A stretch of 64,000 nt of DNA. Origin: a virus. Below, in pieces: positions 53,944 through 64,000 of the stretch. Within the stretch, counting starts at the first letter, position 1, and every line of letters starts with the position of its first letter. The position numbers and the translations under genes were made by a program. The stretch spans positions 1 to 64,000 of IMG/VR virus record IMGVR_UViG_3300020438_002794. One strand, given 5' to 3'. The notes below the pieces were generated by a model, which saw nothing but the letters and a program-made list of their open reading frames with translations, did not search any database and was not told the origin of the DNA.

Positions 53944-56900
53944 TCGTTCCTTTGCCTACATTTCTAATGAAAGCATGTTCTGGCGTAGTTCCTGTTGCTG
54001 ATAGGCTTATGCCACTATCATTATATGCTAGGCGTAGTCCATCACCATAATGTGAGAACTTATCTACTGTTGGAATTTTTGTTGTTTGTCCACTGTTGAT
54101 AACACTTGCACCGCTAGTGTGTTCTACTGCACTTGTGCCTAATGTGCCTCTTGTACAGAATAACAAGTTATTTCCGTCTACTGCATTGTATTCGATTCTT
54201 TCATTTCCAATATATACTACTCCGGGATTTGCACCTAAGGTAATATTTGGATCATCTAGTACAGTTGCATCTGTCACTGGTATTGTTGTATCGGTTGTAT
54301 TAATATCAGCAGTAGTTGTTGTTTTTTGTGCATCTACAATAGCATTACTTTCTTGTATGTTTGTTGGCATATAGTAAGCCATTCTAAACGCTCTACTATC
54401 AGATGTCACTGTACTACCACTAGCATTTGTTTGTACTAGTATGTTGATATTCTCTGTGAAATCTGTAGCTACTAGTTCTTCGCCAAAGCCTTCTAATACA
54501 GCTTGTTGGAATACATTACCGTTGTAATCATCTGAGAAACTTGCATTTGCAGTTGTAAATTCTGATTGATCAATATCACCGGTCGGTGTGCTGGTAAAGT
54601 CACCGCCAAGTAGTATAGTGTCACCTTCCCAACTTCTAATACTGTGATCTTCATAGTTGAGTGTAATAACACTGTTTCGTTCAATATCTTCTATTTCAAT
54701 ATTTGTAGATTCGCCATGTGTATTGCTTTCCATACTGCTTAATAATTTAGTGTGGAAAGGTTTGATACTGTTTACATATTCTTCTACAACATTTATATCG
54801 TATGATTGATACTTGTCTTTGTTTATTAGCAATGGTCTCTTAATTCCTAAATGTGCAAATGTAGTTTTGAAAGCAAAATCGTCTGCTGTATTTTGTAATA
54901 TTGCTGTAAATAATAACTTAAACCACATCTGATTATACTTAACATGATGTGTTCCAATAAAGATTTCACTTCTAAGTAGATCCATTAGTCTGCTTATAAC
55001 GTTGTCGCTACATGCATCAAATGGTGTTACATCTAATCCAATAGCATCAAATCCGTTGCCAAACTTTGACTGATTCCATATCTCTTCACTTAGTTGTACA
55101 GTTGCTTTTTCTTTAAACACAAGTTTGTCTTCACCATTGATATAATAATACATTTCACTTCTGTCTATGTCTGCTCCTGGGCTTGTACTTTTAACTAAAA
55201 TATAACTACCATCAACTGGATCTCCAGCATTGACATAGTCTGTTCTAGTATTGTACACAATATCAGCTACTGTGTTTGGATTAAATCTAAATGTTTCGTT
55301 TCCGTCTGTATCTGTTTCGACCAAGTGCCAGTCTACTAAGTTAGTATAATCTTTAATTTTATAGGTTACTACTCCTTCTGTAAATGCGTCGGTAAATGCA
55401 TTTTCCCAATTATTAATCTCGTCAATAACATTTACAGTACTCAATAATGAGTTTACACTATGTACAAAGTTTTGTCTAGCCTCTTTTACATCTCTGAACA
55501 AACTTTGTCTTGGACGAGTTTGAAATCCATATCTGTTGTATTTGTGCAGTTTAAGATCAGGTACTGGTTGACCTCTCCAAACACTGATGTCATCAGCTTG
55601 TGTATCTTCTATAAAGTTATAATCATATACTCTACTCCAGTGACTCATATCTGTGTCTAAACTAGGTTGATTGCCTTGGTTGTTTGCTTGTAGACTTATG
55701 TAAAAGTCTGTGCCTTCTTTTACTACTTGATCATCAGCATAAACTGTTGTATTGTTCCAAGTTGTATAAGGTTTATCGACACTAAATCTATTAAATCCAG
55801 CTAAACTATCTCTAATCTTTACATGCAAATATTCGGGTATAGTTATGTTAGGATCTTTTTCAGCAAGCATTACCCAGTCTTGCATTGGTAATGCAAGGTC
55901 AACATTTTTCTGATTAAGTTGTGCTACTGTATCTTTGTTAACGAAATTTCTAATGTTTGCCAATAATAAAGTATCATCGCCTGCTTGTGCCGACCAACTT
56001 AGGTCAAATGCATTTGGATTAAGCATTATTTGTGCTAGTTGGAAAACATTGTAATTGCTATTTCTAATACTGTTAGTTTTGTTTTTAATCCAGAAATAGT
56101 AAACAGTTTCAGTTTGTTTACTTGCTTCGTTGTAATAATTTTCTTCAGTCCAGTTGTATACGGTTTGTCCGTTTATTGTAACACTATATGCTTCACCGCT
56201 AGCTTCTTTATTATCAACTATCGCTTTTTGTGTTACTAACTCGCTCCACTGTTCTGGAGGTACAGGACTTGCTGTCCATTCGTAAATGTCTATACTTGAT
56301 CCATCAAACAGTTTTCCCCAGTTATTTTGTTGATAATCTACTGTACTTTGCTCGTAGTCTAAATACACTGCGGTGCTGGTATTCCACCATCTTGCACCCA
56401 AGTATTCTCTTCCCCACTGCTCGTCATTTGTAATACTACCATCTATGTTATTAAAATTATAGTTTGCAATATCGTTTGTAATTTTATAGTCAATCTCTTT
56501 GTCAACAAAACCAAATATAATTCCTTTAGCTGGATCGAAAACTTCTAATGTTGTGATAGTGCTTTGTTTCTCTGCATCATATAATTTAATATTTTCTATT
56601 AGATCATTTCTCGCTTGTGCAATACCTGTTCTCACTTGCTTCCAAGAACCAATGTGACCATTGGTATCACTCCAAGTACCAGTCCAACTGTATACTGCAC
56701 TTTGTCCGGTTCCATCATCATCTACATAAGCATAAATTGGATTTGCTGATAATGCTTGCCTAACTCCTGCAAAATTGTATTTGTAAACATCATTTATTTT
56801 AATTTGTCTATCAGCTTCTAGTGCGGCATAAGTTGGGAAACGCATTTTTCTTAAAGGATAAATGTTACCAGTACTGCCGTTCTGTTCAATAAATTCATCA

Positions 56901-59900
56901 ATGTAAAACTTGTTAGTTTGATTTGATACTTTGGTTACTTTGTGTATTCCGTCAATATTAGGAACGCTGTTACTTCCTCTTATTAAAATATAATCTCCAA
57001 CACTCAAGTTATGTGCTTGCACATCACCTGTTTGTCTATTAACTTTTATCTCTGCATCATCTCCAGCGTCTGGACCTGCACAAATATCAAATGTGTATAT
57101 ACCAAAGTCCATTGTTTGATAAACTTGATATCCTAAGTTATAACTGCCAAATTCACTGTCATCTGCAACCCATATCGCAAAAATATTTGGATCATTTGTG
57201 TCTTTTGTAAACACTGGATTGCCATTTGAATCTACTATTGCCTCAAATACTGCACTAGTTGCACTTTGCGTTGCACTCAGCGTTTGTGCAGTTATACCCA
57301 CAGTTGTGTTTGCTGTACCTGCACCAATTACCATTGTACTATTTGTACTTGTAAGTCTTAGTTTGTTGCTGGCATTTGTTGCACTTACTCCGATAATGTT
57401 TGCATTATTAATTTTCTCTACAATATCAATAATATTCAACCCTACATTACTTGTAGCAGTTGTTGTACTGGCTGGTACAAGTCCACTTGGTAAACCTATT
57501 GGACTATTTGCTGTTCCTATGCCAATGAACAAGTTAGCCAGCGTTGAATTAATTTGTAGTACGTTAGTATTACTTGTTCCCGCCGATGCAGTAATACCTG
57601 ATATGCCTGCATCATTGATTTGATCTATTGTTTGTTGTAGTGATAAAGGTAGTTCTAAGTTTTGTGTATTTGATGATGAACTTATACTTTCAGTTGCTGT
57701 GCTAAATCCAACATTTGCATTTTCAGTTCCAACACTTATTGTTAATGTAAACGTTACTGCTGGAGTGTTTGTTGTTTTAGTAATTTTTAGTCTACTACTA
57801 GCATCAGCACTTGCTGTTACATTACTAATTCCTGCATCATTTATTTCTTGTACTATATCAGTTAGTGTATACAATTTAAAGCCGGGTGTAGTTATACTTA
57901 CTACTACTGTGCTTGGTGCAAATGTAGTTGATGCATTTGCACTATCTTTGAGATATGTTGCAATATCATCAGTATATGTACCGTTGTTCATTGCGCCTTG
58001 TGAATCAGTAATATCACTGGATCCAACAATTTGAGCTCCTGATATAACTTGTGTACCTACATAGCTCGTACCTTTTATATTATTAATAATAACTAAGTCC
58101 TGGTCTAACAAAAACTCTGCAGGTTGTTGTGTACTACCGCCACCTTGAATAAGTGTAAGTAAATGACTTATATTCAATCCTGCATTATTTGTATAGTATG
58201 TTGTAATCCAAGTTGTCCATGCCGCCGCACTATTAGATGCAATGTATGCCGCTCTTAAGCCTTCTATTCTTTGTATTCTAGTTGTAGCTGAACTTGATAT
58301 AGATGATTGATTTTGTATCCAACTAGTATTAAAACTATTTTCGTATGCCTGCTGGGCCGTAATGTTTGTATTTGCACTCTGTGGATCATTGAAGTTAACT
58401 GTAGTACCATCAATAATTAGTGTAGCAGTTGCACTACCTTGTATAGTTGGATTAATAGTTGACCCTATTTTTTCAATGTCTACAAAAGTAGTTGTAGAGA
58501 CAATATTAGAAAAAGTAACTGTAGTATTGATAGTAGAACTAGAACCTAGTATTAATGTTGAACCGTGTGGCACCACATTGGTACTAGCAATGTTTACTGT
58601 ACCTGGCACTTGTATAACATTTGTAGTTGTACTGGTAGCACTCTTGCTTAATGTTATAGTGTTACCATCAATAACTAAAGTTTGCCCTGTACTTGGAATT
58701 ACCGGTAATTGCACTGTACCTTTCAGTTCAATAGGATCACTAGCAGTTGCTATTCCACTGGCGCCATCTTCATCTATCATTGACCAAGTCTTACCTTTAT
58801 GTAAAACTTTTTCGTTAAACTTGTAACTTACATTACTATCCCATATACCAATGTCCTGCCAGTCACCACTGTGGTCATATGATTCTTTTACTTCCTCTGG
58901 AAACTGTTCAAAATCTTCTTTGTTTATAACTTTGTAGTCTGCTTCACTCAGCAACGGTAAACCAGCAGTTGTATAATCTTGTGCAAATAGTTCGTCACTT
59001 GAATCTTTAAAAGTGTTTACTGGTCTTGTTAAGAAGTTATTTTCAGTACTATCATGTACTTTAAGAGGACTAGTTGCATCAATATCAATTACGATATCAC
59101 TGAGTACATCAAACTTTTGTCCTGCACTAATCCTGACAGGCTGTGGACTTGTTTTTAGTAAATCAGGAGTAATTTGAAATTCTAGTGTGCCTCTAGTAGA
59201 TGTGTCTCCAAAGTCAGCAGTTCTGATTGCCCATTGCTCTAGTAGCTCTGCACTTGCTTGACCGTCAAATAATTCTTGGTTACGCATAAATGCAGTAAGT
59301 GCATGATCTGTACCTCTGTATTTGTAACTGCCTTTGACAAATTCGTAAAGAGTGTCATCGTCAAAGTCTAAATTTTTGCTCCAGTCTGGTTTGTTATATC
59401 CTGCATTGAATCTTGCAATATCACTTAATTGTTTATTGCTTAGTGTATTTGTTCTACCTAAGTATTGATCCACTTCTCTAGCAACGGTATCATAGTTTGG
59501 TATTACAGTATTCTCATCGACAATATAACCCGGTGAATATAATTTACCATTCCAATCTTTAGTTCTACTACCTCTCCAAACTATTCTGTTGTGTCTTTGT
59601 GCAATACTAGAATCGTATATTACATCATCAAAGTTAGTAATATTATCAAATACAAATGCATGTTCTAGTTGTACTTTGTACAATCTTATTCCGTATAATC
59701 TAACACTGTCGGCGTCTTTAACTTGAAATACAGTTTCGCTATCAGGCTCCATGCTTTTACGATCAATTATTAAATCTGTGCTAGATATTTGCTTGCCTTT
59801 TTCGTTAATAATATTATACACACCGTCATATTTCTTGTTAATATTATCAAAGTATCCGTCTGCTCCGTCGTTAACTATTATTTTAGTATCGTTTGGAATA

Positions 59901-62900
59901 AGTGTGATATCAGTTGTACTGTTTCCTATTGCCCAAGTTACAAAGTTAGCCGCTGAACTTCTCCATTGCTGTGTGAAGCCTAAGTTGTTTAAATAATGAC
60001 CATACCCGCTTATAAAGTTATAAACTTCTTGAATTGATCTAAGTTCTGTATTGTAATCCAACTGAGTTGTAATTTCTTCAAACGTCCTATAACGTAAAAC
60101 TGTTATTTTATTAGTTCCCTGAAACTGTACACTAATACCTGGTGTTGCTGTTTTTGGTTTGTTATATACAAAATACGATAAACTATTATCAAATCCATTT
60201 AAGGTATAACCGTTTGCTGTTTTGCTAATTTTAATGCCGCCAAAGAAAAACTCTACATCTGGTTTGCTAGTGTACATAACAGTTGAAATATTTTCCTCAG
60301 GAACAAATACTCGACCTTTGTCCTGACTGCTTTCTAATATAAACTGATTGTTTCTGTTTACAAAGCCGCCTGCTTTGATCATTGGTTGAAAACTTAAATT
60401 TTCTAATCTATTTCTTAAAGTATCTGCACCAGTTCCATACAAATTACTAAATTCAATAACTGCATTGCTAAGTCCATTATAATAGTGTGTGGCATTTTCA
60501 GCAAGTATAGGATCTAGTTCTGCACCACCTGTTGCAATGCCTAGTAATGGTCTGTTAAAATACTGTTCTCCTTGCTTAGTTACACTAGCACTGCGAATAC
60601 TACCATTTTCTACAAATACTGTTACTTCACCATTAATTCCAAAGTTATCATTTACTGTAACATCAGGTGCAATGGTATAACCACTACCAGGATTAATAAT
60701 TTTAATGCTTTCAATAATCTTTCCTGTAATTGAGCTTCCGCTAAGATTAGTGTTTTTCCAACTATCTAATTTAAGTTTATCTGTATCAATTTCTTGTGGA
60801 TGATCATATCCTGCTAGATTTTTTACTTGTCTTCTAGCTGTTCTAAAATAGTTGTTCAGCACAATTAGTGGTCTTGTTCTTAAAAATGCAAGTACAAGTG
60901 CAAGTTTACCTGCACTTGATCTGCGCCATTCAGCTTCTACTGGTCCGAAGTCACCATAAACAAAATCTTCAGATGCCTTATCTGAACTAGGCGTTGGCAC
61001 AACATTTGCTGTGTCTGGATCGTTCATTACACCACCAGTTGTTACAAGTGTATTGTTATTCCAATCATAGTTTTTATATGCGTAATTGATATCATAAGTT
61101 TGATTGTTAGCACCCAATGCAGGATCACTTGTTTGTCCATCTTGTAGCGCCAATAACAGTGCCGCACGTTTTGTTAAGTCTATCCAGCTGTAGTTTGCGT
61201 CCCACCATGTAGGTTTTGAGTTGTGACCTAACATTTCCCATGGATGGGTATGTGGTCTTTCTGTATTAAAGTAATAGGTGTATATTCCTCTCCAGCCGCC
61301 AATGCCAGGACCTACACTGCTATAATTCCAAGTCCATTTGTCATTGATGTCATAATATGTGCTACTGTTCAACACTGTAATATTGTTTTCAGACTTATAT
61401 TTGTTGAACTCACTTCTAATAGAATTGTTTAGTTCATCCCATGTGTACACTGCTGGTCTGTGTGCATTAGGAAAGTATGTGCTAACATTAACAGTTTGAG
61501 ATAGATCTGCTCCTAAATTATTATAGATCCTATTCTCAAGATCCCATATTCCTGCATCGACAGGATTAAATCCTGCTTGCTGTCTATTATACATTTCTGT
61601 ACCTTGTCTGACATACACACTTCCGTCATGTCCTAAGACTACATTACCAGTAAATGATCCGTCGCTATCAACGCTGTAGTCTGCTCTAAGTTCTGGTACA
61701 TATGGTTTAATCAATCCTAATTTAACTGCACTAGGAGGAACAAAGCTAACACTATTTCTCTTGTACCATCTTATGTGTGCATTATTCAAACCTGTGCCTG
61801 GAAAACTATTAATGCCTGGTGCAATAATAGTAACTCTATTTTGATTGATAAGATAATCTAAACCTTTAACAAGTGACTTCCAGGAGTGATTACCATTACT
61901 GTCTGGAATTTGAATCCAAACTTGTACATGATTAAATGTGTCATCATAATTATTAACTGCTTCTGGTAAATCAAAAACTGGTGTTTGATCTAGTATCCAG
62001 CTAACATCTATACTTTTATAATCTCTATACATAGCCATTTCACTGTGTGCAAATGAACTGTCTGCATTTTTACCTAAGTTTAGTGCTTCTAGTGTTTTAT
62101 CAACTAGAGTATAAATTGGTAGTGTTTGATCTAAACTTTCATGTAGTTGTACAATTTTACGTTTAAATTTTTCTTTGAATTGTTCATAGTTCGAACTTGC
62201 AAATTGTAATGCACTGTATGGATTGGTTGACACATCTACTAGTAACTGATTTAACAATTCAGTACTGTAAGGTTGTTGTCTAATTGTACCGCCTATATCA
62301 TTTACTTGTACTATGTTTCTATAGTTGTTTGTTCCATACCAATTACCAGTAAACAATGGATTACTAGTCATCTGATTACTAAAGTGTTGAATTAAATCTC
62401 CGTAACTTATTTTGCTAAAATCTAAATTTTGTGCATTATGTACTTGTGTATGTGCTGGTTCAAAATCGCCTTCACCTGTTGTTCTGTAATTTTTCTTTGA
62501 AAAGAAACTAAATTCGTATATGTCATCTTTAGTTAACCCACTAGTAATACTGATAATGTCTCCAGTATGACTGAAGTTTGTAAATGGCTCACCATTTTTT
62601 AGTACAGTAACGTTTGTCTCACTTGGATTATCATTTAAAAATATTACACCAAAGTTTGTTGGGTCAGCGACAAGTCTATACTTGATACTGTTAACTGTAG
62701 GAGTTCCTACTTGTATTTCAAATTTATTATTAGTTCCAGCTGTCCTAGTAAGTCCTGTGCTGATCGCTGTACCGTCCATGTTTACAAATTCTATTTCAGC
62801 TTGCGGAAATAGTGTGTTTATTGTGTAGGTGTTGCTGTAGTGAAAGAATAGTGTAGGTAATTTACCACCAATTCTTTGTACTCTGCCAGACAACACAGAC

Positions 62901-64000
62901 GAACTTGGTTGACTGCTTACTCCTAACAATCCAAATTCTTTGAATATATTATAGTATCTATCACCAACAAAACTTTCATGTCCAACATCTACCCTCAGAG
63001 GTACGCTAGAATCACTAATTACTTTTCTAATTTGTTTGCTTATTTGTTGTCCATTTCTCAGAGGTGTCCAACCATTATGATAACGACTATTTGTAAAGTA
63101 TTTGTAATAGTAATAGCCTTTAATTTCTTCTTGGTTACTCTTAGATAAGTCTGTGCTTTGATTTACATATGTAAATCTTTTGTTTAGTAAATCTGCATCA
63201 AAGTTAAGTCCTGGATTATTTCCATAGTCAACATATTCTGGAACAAAACCCAATGCATCATCATAGCTTCCAGTATCACTGTGTACAAAGTCAAATATAG
63301 TACTACCAAAAAAGTCACTGTTTGGATATGTGTTATCATCATCTAGTTTAACTAGATTAGTATCATATAGCTGTACTTTCATACCTTGACTTCTATGTTG
63401 TTTTTGTTGACCGTAAATCCATGTTGTGCCATTCCAAAATATTTCAGAGCCGCTAAACGGAAAAGTTCGATCACTTATACCACCGTCAGTGTCTTCGTAA
63501 TTATATCCGTTTAATATTACAATTTTATCTCCACTGAGTAACTGTGTTGCACTGTTAGTTCCATCATCATTATATCTTTCAGTGAGAACAATACTTGTTC
63601 CTACACCAGATACTTCAAATATTTTGTCTTTGTATGCGTTGTTTGTGGATTCTAAGAACAATATAAAATCGCCATCTTCTAATTCAACTGGAACAATTTG
63701 TTCCCAAAATTGTCTGTTTTCTCCATGTATTGGATTGCGTAATTCACCATGTGCTTGTACACATTCCCAGAATGTAATTACTAAGTTAGGTGCTACACCA
63801 CTAGTAACTTTAACTTTGTCTCTGAAACTATAACCTTTGTTGGACCATTCTTCAGTAAATGATCCGGGTTTTAAATTGTATGATGTTTTTCCTACTATAA
63901 GTGTTGCAGGATCAATGTCGTCATTTAGTACATGATCTACATTTAAAATATGCCTTGTACCTGTATTATATTTTTCTAATCCAGCTTTGTATTCAATAAT
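53939..64000 (-). CDS. giant virion structural protein (baseplate wedge-like), at least 3353 aa, 5' end outside the window
   Basis: Frame is open from 64000 (IIEYKAGLEKYN...) to the stop at 53939; PHTHPWEMLG, IINPGSGY, EQWAIR, VKPFHT-like INSIKPFHTK, RGTLGT..EH; CBM5/12-like and IN-motif repeats. Confidence 0.8.
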   Translation of the reverse strand: MIEYKAGLEKYNTGTRHILNVDHVLNDDIDPATLIVGKTSYNLKPGSFTEEWSNKGYSFRDKVKVTSGVAPNLVITFWECVQAHGELRNPIHGENRQFWEQIVPVELEDGDFILFLESTNNAYKDKIFEVSGVGTSIVLTERYNDDGTNSATQLLSGDKIVILNGYNYEDTDGGISDRTFPFSGSEIFWNGTTWIYGQQKQHRSQGMKVQLYDTNLVKLDDDNTYPNSDFFGSTIFDFVHSDTGSYDDALGFVPEYVDYGNNPGLNFDADLLNKRFTYVNQSTDLSKSNQEEIKGYYYYKYFTNSRYHNGWTPLRNGQQISKQIRKVISDSSVPLRVDVGHESFVGDRYYNIFKEFGLLGVSSQPSSSVLSGRVQRIGGKLPTLFFHYSNTYTINTLFPQAEIEFVNMDGTAISTGLTRTAGTNNKFEIQVGTPTVNSIKYRLVADPTNFGVIFLNDNPSETNVTVLKNGEPFTNFSHTGDIISITSGLTKDDIYEFSFFSKKNYRTTGEGDFEPAHTQVHNAQNLDFSKISYGDLIQHFSNQMTSNPLFTGNWYGTNNYRNIVQVNDIGGTIRQQPYSTELLNQLLVDVSTNPYSALQFASSNYEQFKEKFKRKIVQLHESLDQTLPIYTLVDKTLEALNLGKNADSSFAHSEMAMYRDYKSIDVSWILDQTPVFDLPEAVNNYDDTFNHVQVWIQIPDSNGNHSWKSLVKGLDYLINQNRVTIIAPGINSFPGTGLNNAHIRWYKRNSVSFVPPSAVKLGLIKPYVPELRADYSVDSDGSFTGNVVLGHDGSVYVRQGTEMYNRQQAGFNPVDAGIWDLENRIYNNLGADLSQTVNVSTYFPNAHRPAVYTWDELNNSIRSEFNKYKSENNITVLNSSTYYDINDKWTWNYSSVGPGIGGWRGIYTYYFNTERPHTHPWEMLGHNSKPTWWDANYSWIDLTKRAALLLALQDGQTSDPALGANNQTYDINYAYKNYDWNNNTLVTTGGVMNDPDTANVVPTPSSDKASEDFVYGDFGPVEAEWRRSSAGKLALVLAFLRTRPLIVLNNYFRTARRQVKNLAGYDHPQEIDTDKLKLDSWKNTNLSGSSITGKIIESIKIINPGSGYTIAPDVTVNDNFGINGEVTVFVENGSIRSASVTKQGEQYFNRPLLGIATGGAELDPILAENATHYYNGLSNAVIEFSNLYGTGADTLRNRLENLSFQPMIKAGGFVNRNNQFILESSQDKGRVFVPEENISTVMYTSKPDVEFFFGGIKISKTANGYTLNGFDNSLSYFVYNKPKTATPGISVQFQGTNKITVLRYRTFEEITTQLDYNTELRSIQEVYNFISGYGHYLNNLGFTQQWRSSAANFVTWAIGNSTTDITLIPNDTKIIVNDGADGYFDNINKKYDGVYNIINEKGKQISSTDLIIDRKSMEPDSETVFQVKDADSVRLYGIRLYKVQLEHAFVFDNITNFDDVIYDSSIAQRHNRIVWRGSRTKDWNGKLYSPGYIVDENTVIPNYDTVAREVDQYLGRTNTLSNKQLSDIARFNAGYNKPDWSKNLDFDDDTLYEFVKGSYKYRGTDHALTAFMRNQELFDGQASAELLEQWAIRTADFGDTSTRGTLEFQITPDLLKTSPQPVRISAGQKFDVLSDIVIDIDATSPLKVHDSTENNFLTRPVNTFKDSSDELFAQDYTTAGLPLLSEADYKVINKEDFEQFPEEVKESYDHSGDWQDIGIWDSNVSYKFNEKVLHKGKTWSMIDEDGASGIATASDPIELKGTVQLPVIPSTGQTLVIDGNTITLSKSATSTTTNVIQVPGTVNIASTNVVPHGSTLILGSSSTINTTVTFSNIVSTTTFVDIEKIGSTINPTIQGSATATLIIDGTTVNFNDPQSANTNITAQQAYENSFNTSWIQNQSSISSSATTRIQRIEGLRAAYIASNSAAAWTTWITTYYTNNAGLNISHLLTLIQGGGSTQQPAEFLLDQDLVIINNIKGTSYVGTQVISGAQIVGSSDITDSQGAMNNGTYTDDIATYLKDSANASTTFAPSTVVVSITTPGFKLYTLTDIVQEINDAGISNVTASADASSRLKITKTTNTPAVTFTLTISVGTENANVGFSTATESISSSSNTQNLELPLSLQQTIDQINDAGISGITASAGTSNTNVLQINSTLANLFIGIGTANSPIGLPSGLVPASTTTATSNVGLNIIDIVEKINNANIIGVSATNASNKLRLTSTNSTMVIGAGTANTTVGITAQTLSATQSATSAVFEAIVDSNGNPVFTKDTNDPNIFAIWVADDSEFGSYNLGYQVYQTMDFGIYTFDICAGPDAGDDAEIKVNRQTGDVQAHNLSVGDYILIRGSNSVPNIDGIHKVTKVSNQTNKFYIDEFIEQNGSTGNIYPLRKMRFPTYAALEADRQIKINDVYKYNFAGVRQALSANPIYAYVDDDGTGQSAVYSWTGTWSDTNGHIGSWKQVRTGIAQARNDLIENIKLYDAEKQSTITTLEVFDPAKGIIFGFVDKEIDYKITNDIANYNFNNIDGSITNDEQWGREYLGARWWNTSTAVYLDYEQSTVDYQQNNWGKLFDGSSIDIYEWTASPVPPEQWSELVTQKAIVDNKEASGEAYSVTINGQTVYNWTEENYYNEASKQTETVYYFWIKNKTNSIRNSNYNVFQLAQIMLNPNAFDLSWSAQAGDDTLLLANIRNFVNKDTVAQLNQKNVDLALPMQDWVMLAEKDPNITIPEYLHVKIRDSLAGFNRFSVDKPYTTWNNTTVYADDQVVKEGTDFYISLQANNQGNQPSLDTDMSHWSRVYDYNFIEDTQADDISVWRGQPVPDLKLHKYNRYGFQTRPRQSLFRDVKEARQNFVHSVNSLLSTVNVIDEINNWENAFTDAFTEGVVTYKIKDYTNLVDWHLVETDTDGNETFRFNPNTVADIVYNTRTDYVNAGDPVDGSYILVKSTSPGADIDRSEMYYYINGEDKLVFKEKATVQLSEEIWNQSKFGNGFDAIGLDVTPFDACSDNVISRLMDLLRSEIFIGTHHVKYNQMWFKLLFTAILQNTADDFAFKTTFAHLGIKRPLLINKDKYQSYDINVVEEYVNSIKPFHTKLLSSMESNTHGESTNIEIEDIERNSVITLNYEDHSIRSWEGDTILLGGDFTSTPTGDIDQSEFTTANASFSDDYNGNVFQQAVLEGFGEELVATDFTENINILVQTNASGSTVTSDSRAFRMAYYMPTNIQESNAIVDAQKTTTTADINTTDTTIPVTDATVLDDPNITLGANPGVVYIGNERIEYNAVDGNNLLFCTRGTLGTSAVEHTSGASVINSGQTTKIPTVDKFSHYGDGLRLAYNDSGISLSATGTTPEHAFIRNVGKGTI
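57280..57870 (-). repeat. three imperfect protein-level IN-motif repeats in the giant protein
   Basis: DIVQEINDAGISNVTASA / QTIDQINDAGISGITASA / DIVEKINNANIIGVSATN, each followed by GT(E/A)N..(V/I)G. Confidence 0.7.

Noticed and set aside
53939-63661. TTG at 63661 as the start of the giant gene
   Set aside because: The frame stays open to position 64000, so the true start lies outside the window
72-63833. Numerous short opposite-strand or off-frame ORFs in the track (e.g. 323-547, 2515-2850, 57198-57623, 58362-58826)
   Set aside because: Fully nested in longer motif-bearing genes, with no recognisable motifs; typical antisense shadows
1-64000. Stop-codon reassignment as in some jumbo phages
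   Set aside because: Genes tile densely under the standard code, and TAA, TAG and TGA all end motif-complete proteins
1-64000. CRISPR array, tRNA/rRNA, IS element, intron, intein or diversity-generating retroelement
   Set aside because: No regularly spaced repeats, no intergenic space large enough, and no transposase, homing endonuclease, intein or reverse transcriptase motifs noticed by eye
1-64000. Eukaryotic giant virus origin suggested by glycosylation genes and MORN repeats
   Set aside because: Shine-Dalgarno sites, sigma70 promoters, overlapping operonic genes and tail-fibre-type proteins indicate a bacteriophage

Overview
AT-rich, gene-dense segment of a large tailed bacteriophage genome, probably a jumbo phage with T4-type late promoters. 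Evidence: Shine-Dalgarno sites, sigma70-like TTGACA promoters, TAAATA late-promoter motifs, ThyX, and giant baseplate/tail-type genes; standard genetic code. Left part (1-7.8 kb, + strand): MoxR AAA+ ATPase and its VWA/HExxH partner split by a 2OG-Fe(II) oxygenase, small hypothetical genes, thyX, a cobalamin-type radical SAM enzyme and a GNAT-like protein. Centre (7.8-51.2 kb, - strand): about 49 co-oriented, mostly overlapping genes. These include 17 CxxxCxxC radical SAM enzymes (9 in an unbroken tandem array; 18 in the window), 5 glycosyltransferase-like genes, 4 sulfotransferase-like genes with an APS kinase plus HxGH nucleotidyltransferase pair, a NodU-type carbamoyltransferase, 3 methyltransferases, 3 SGNH-like proteins, UDP-glucuronate decarboxylase, a Gfo/Idh/MocA-DesII fusion, a PLP aminotransferase, an SDR and an MTA/SAH nucleosidase. 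Right part (51.2-64 kb, - strand): virion structural genes, including a >3350 aa protein that runs off the window edge, directly upstream of the enzyme island. The best-supported reading (inference) is a phage-encoded radical SAM and glycan-tailoring system that chemically decorates the virion or a host surface polymer. Its substrates cannot be determined from sequence. All family assignments come from motif recognition by eye; no database searches were run. No tRNA, rRNA, CRISPR array or IS element was seen.
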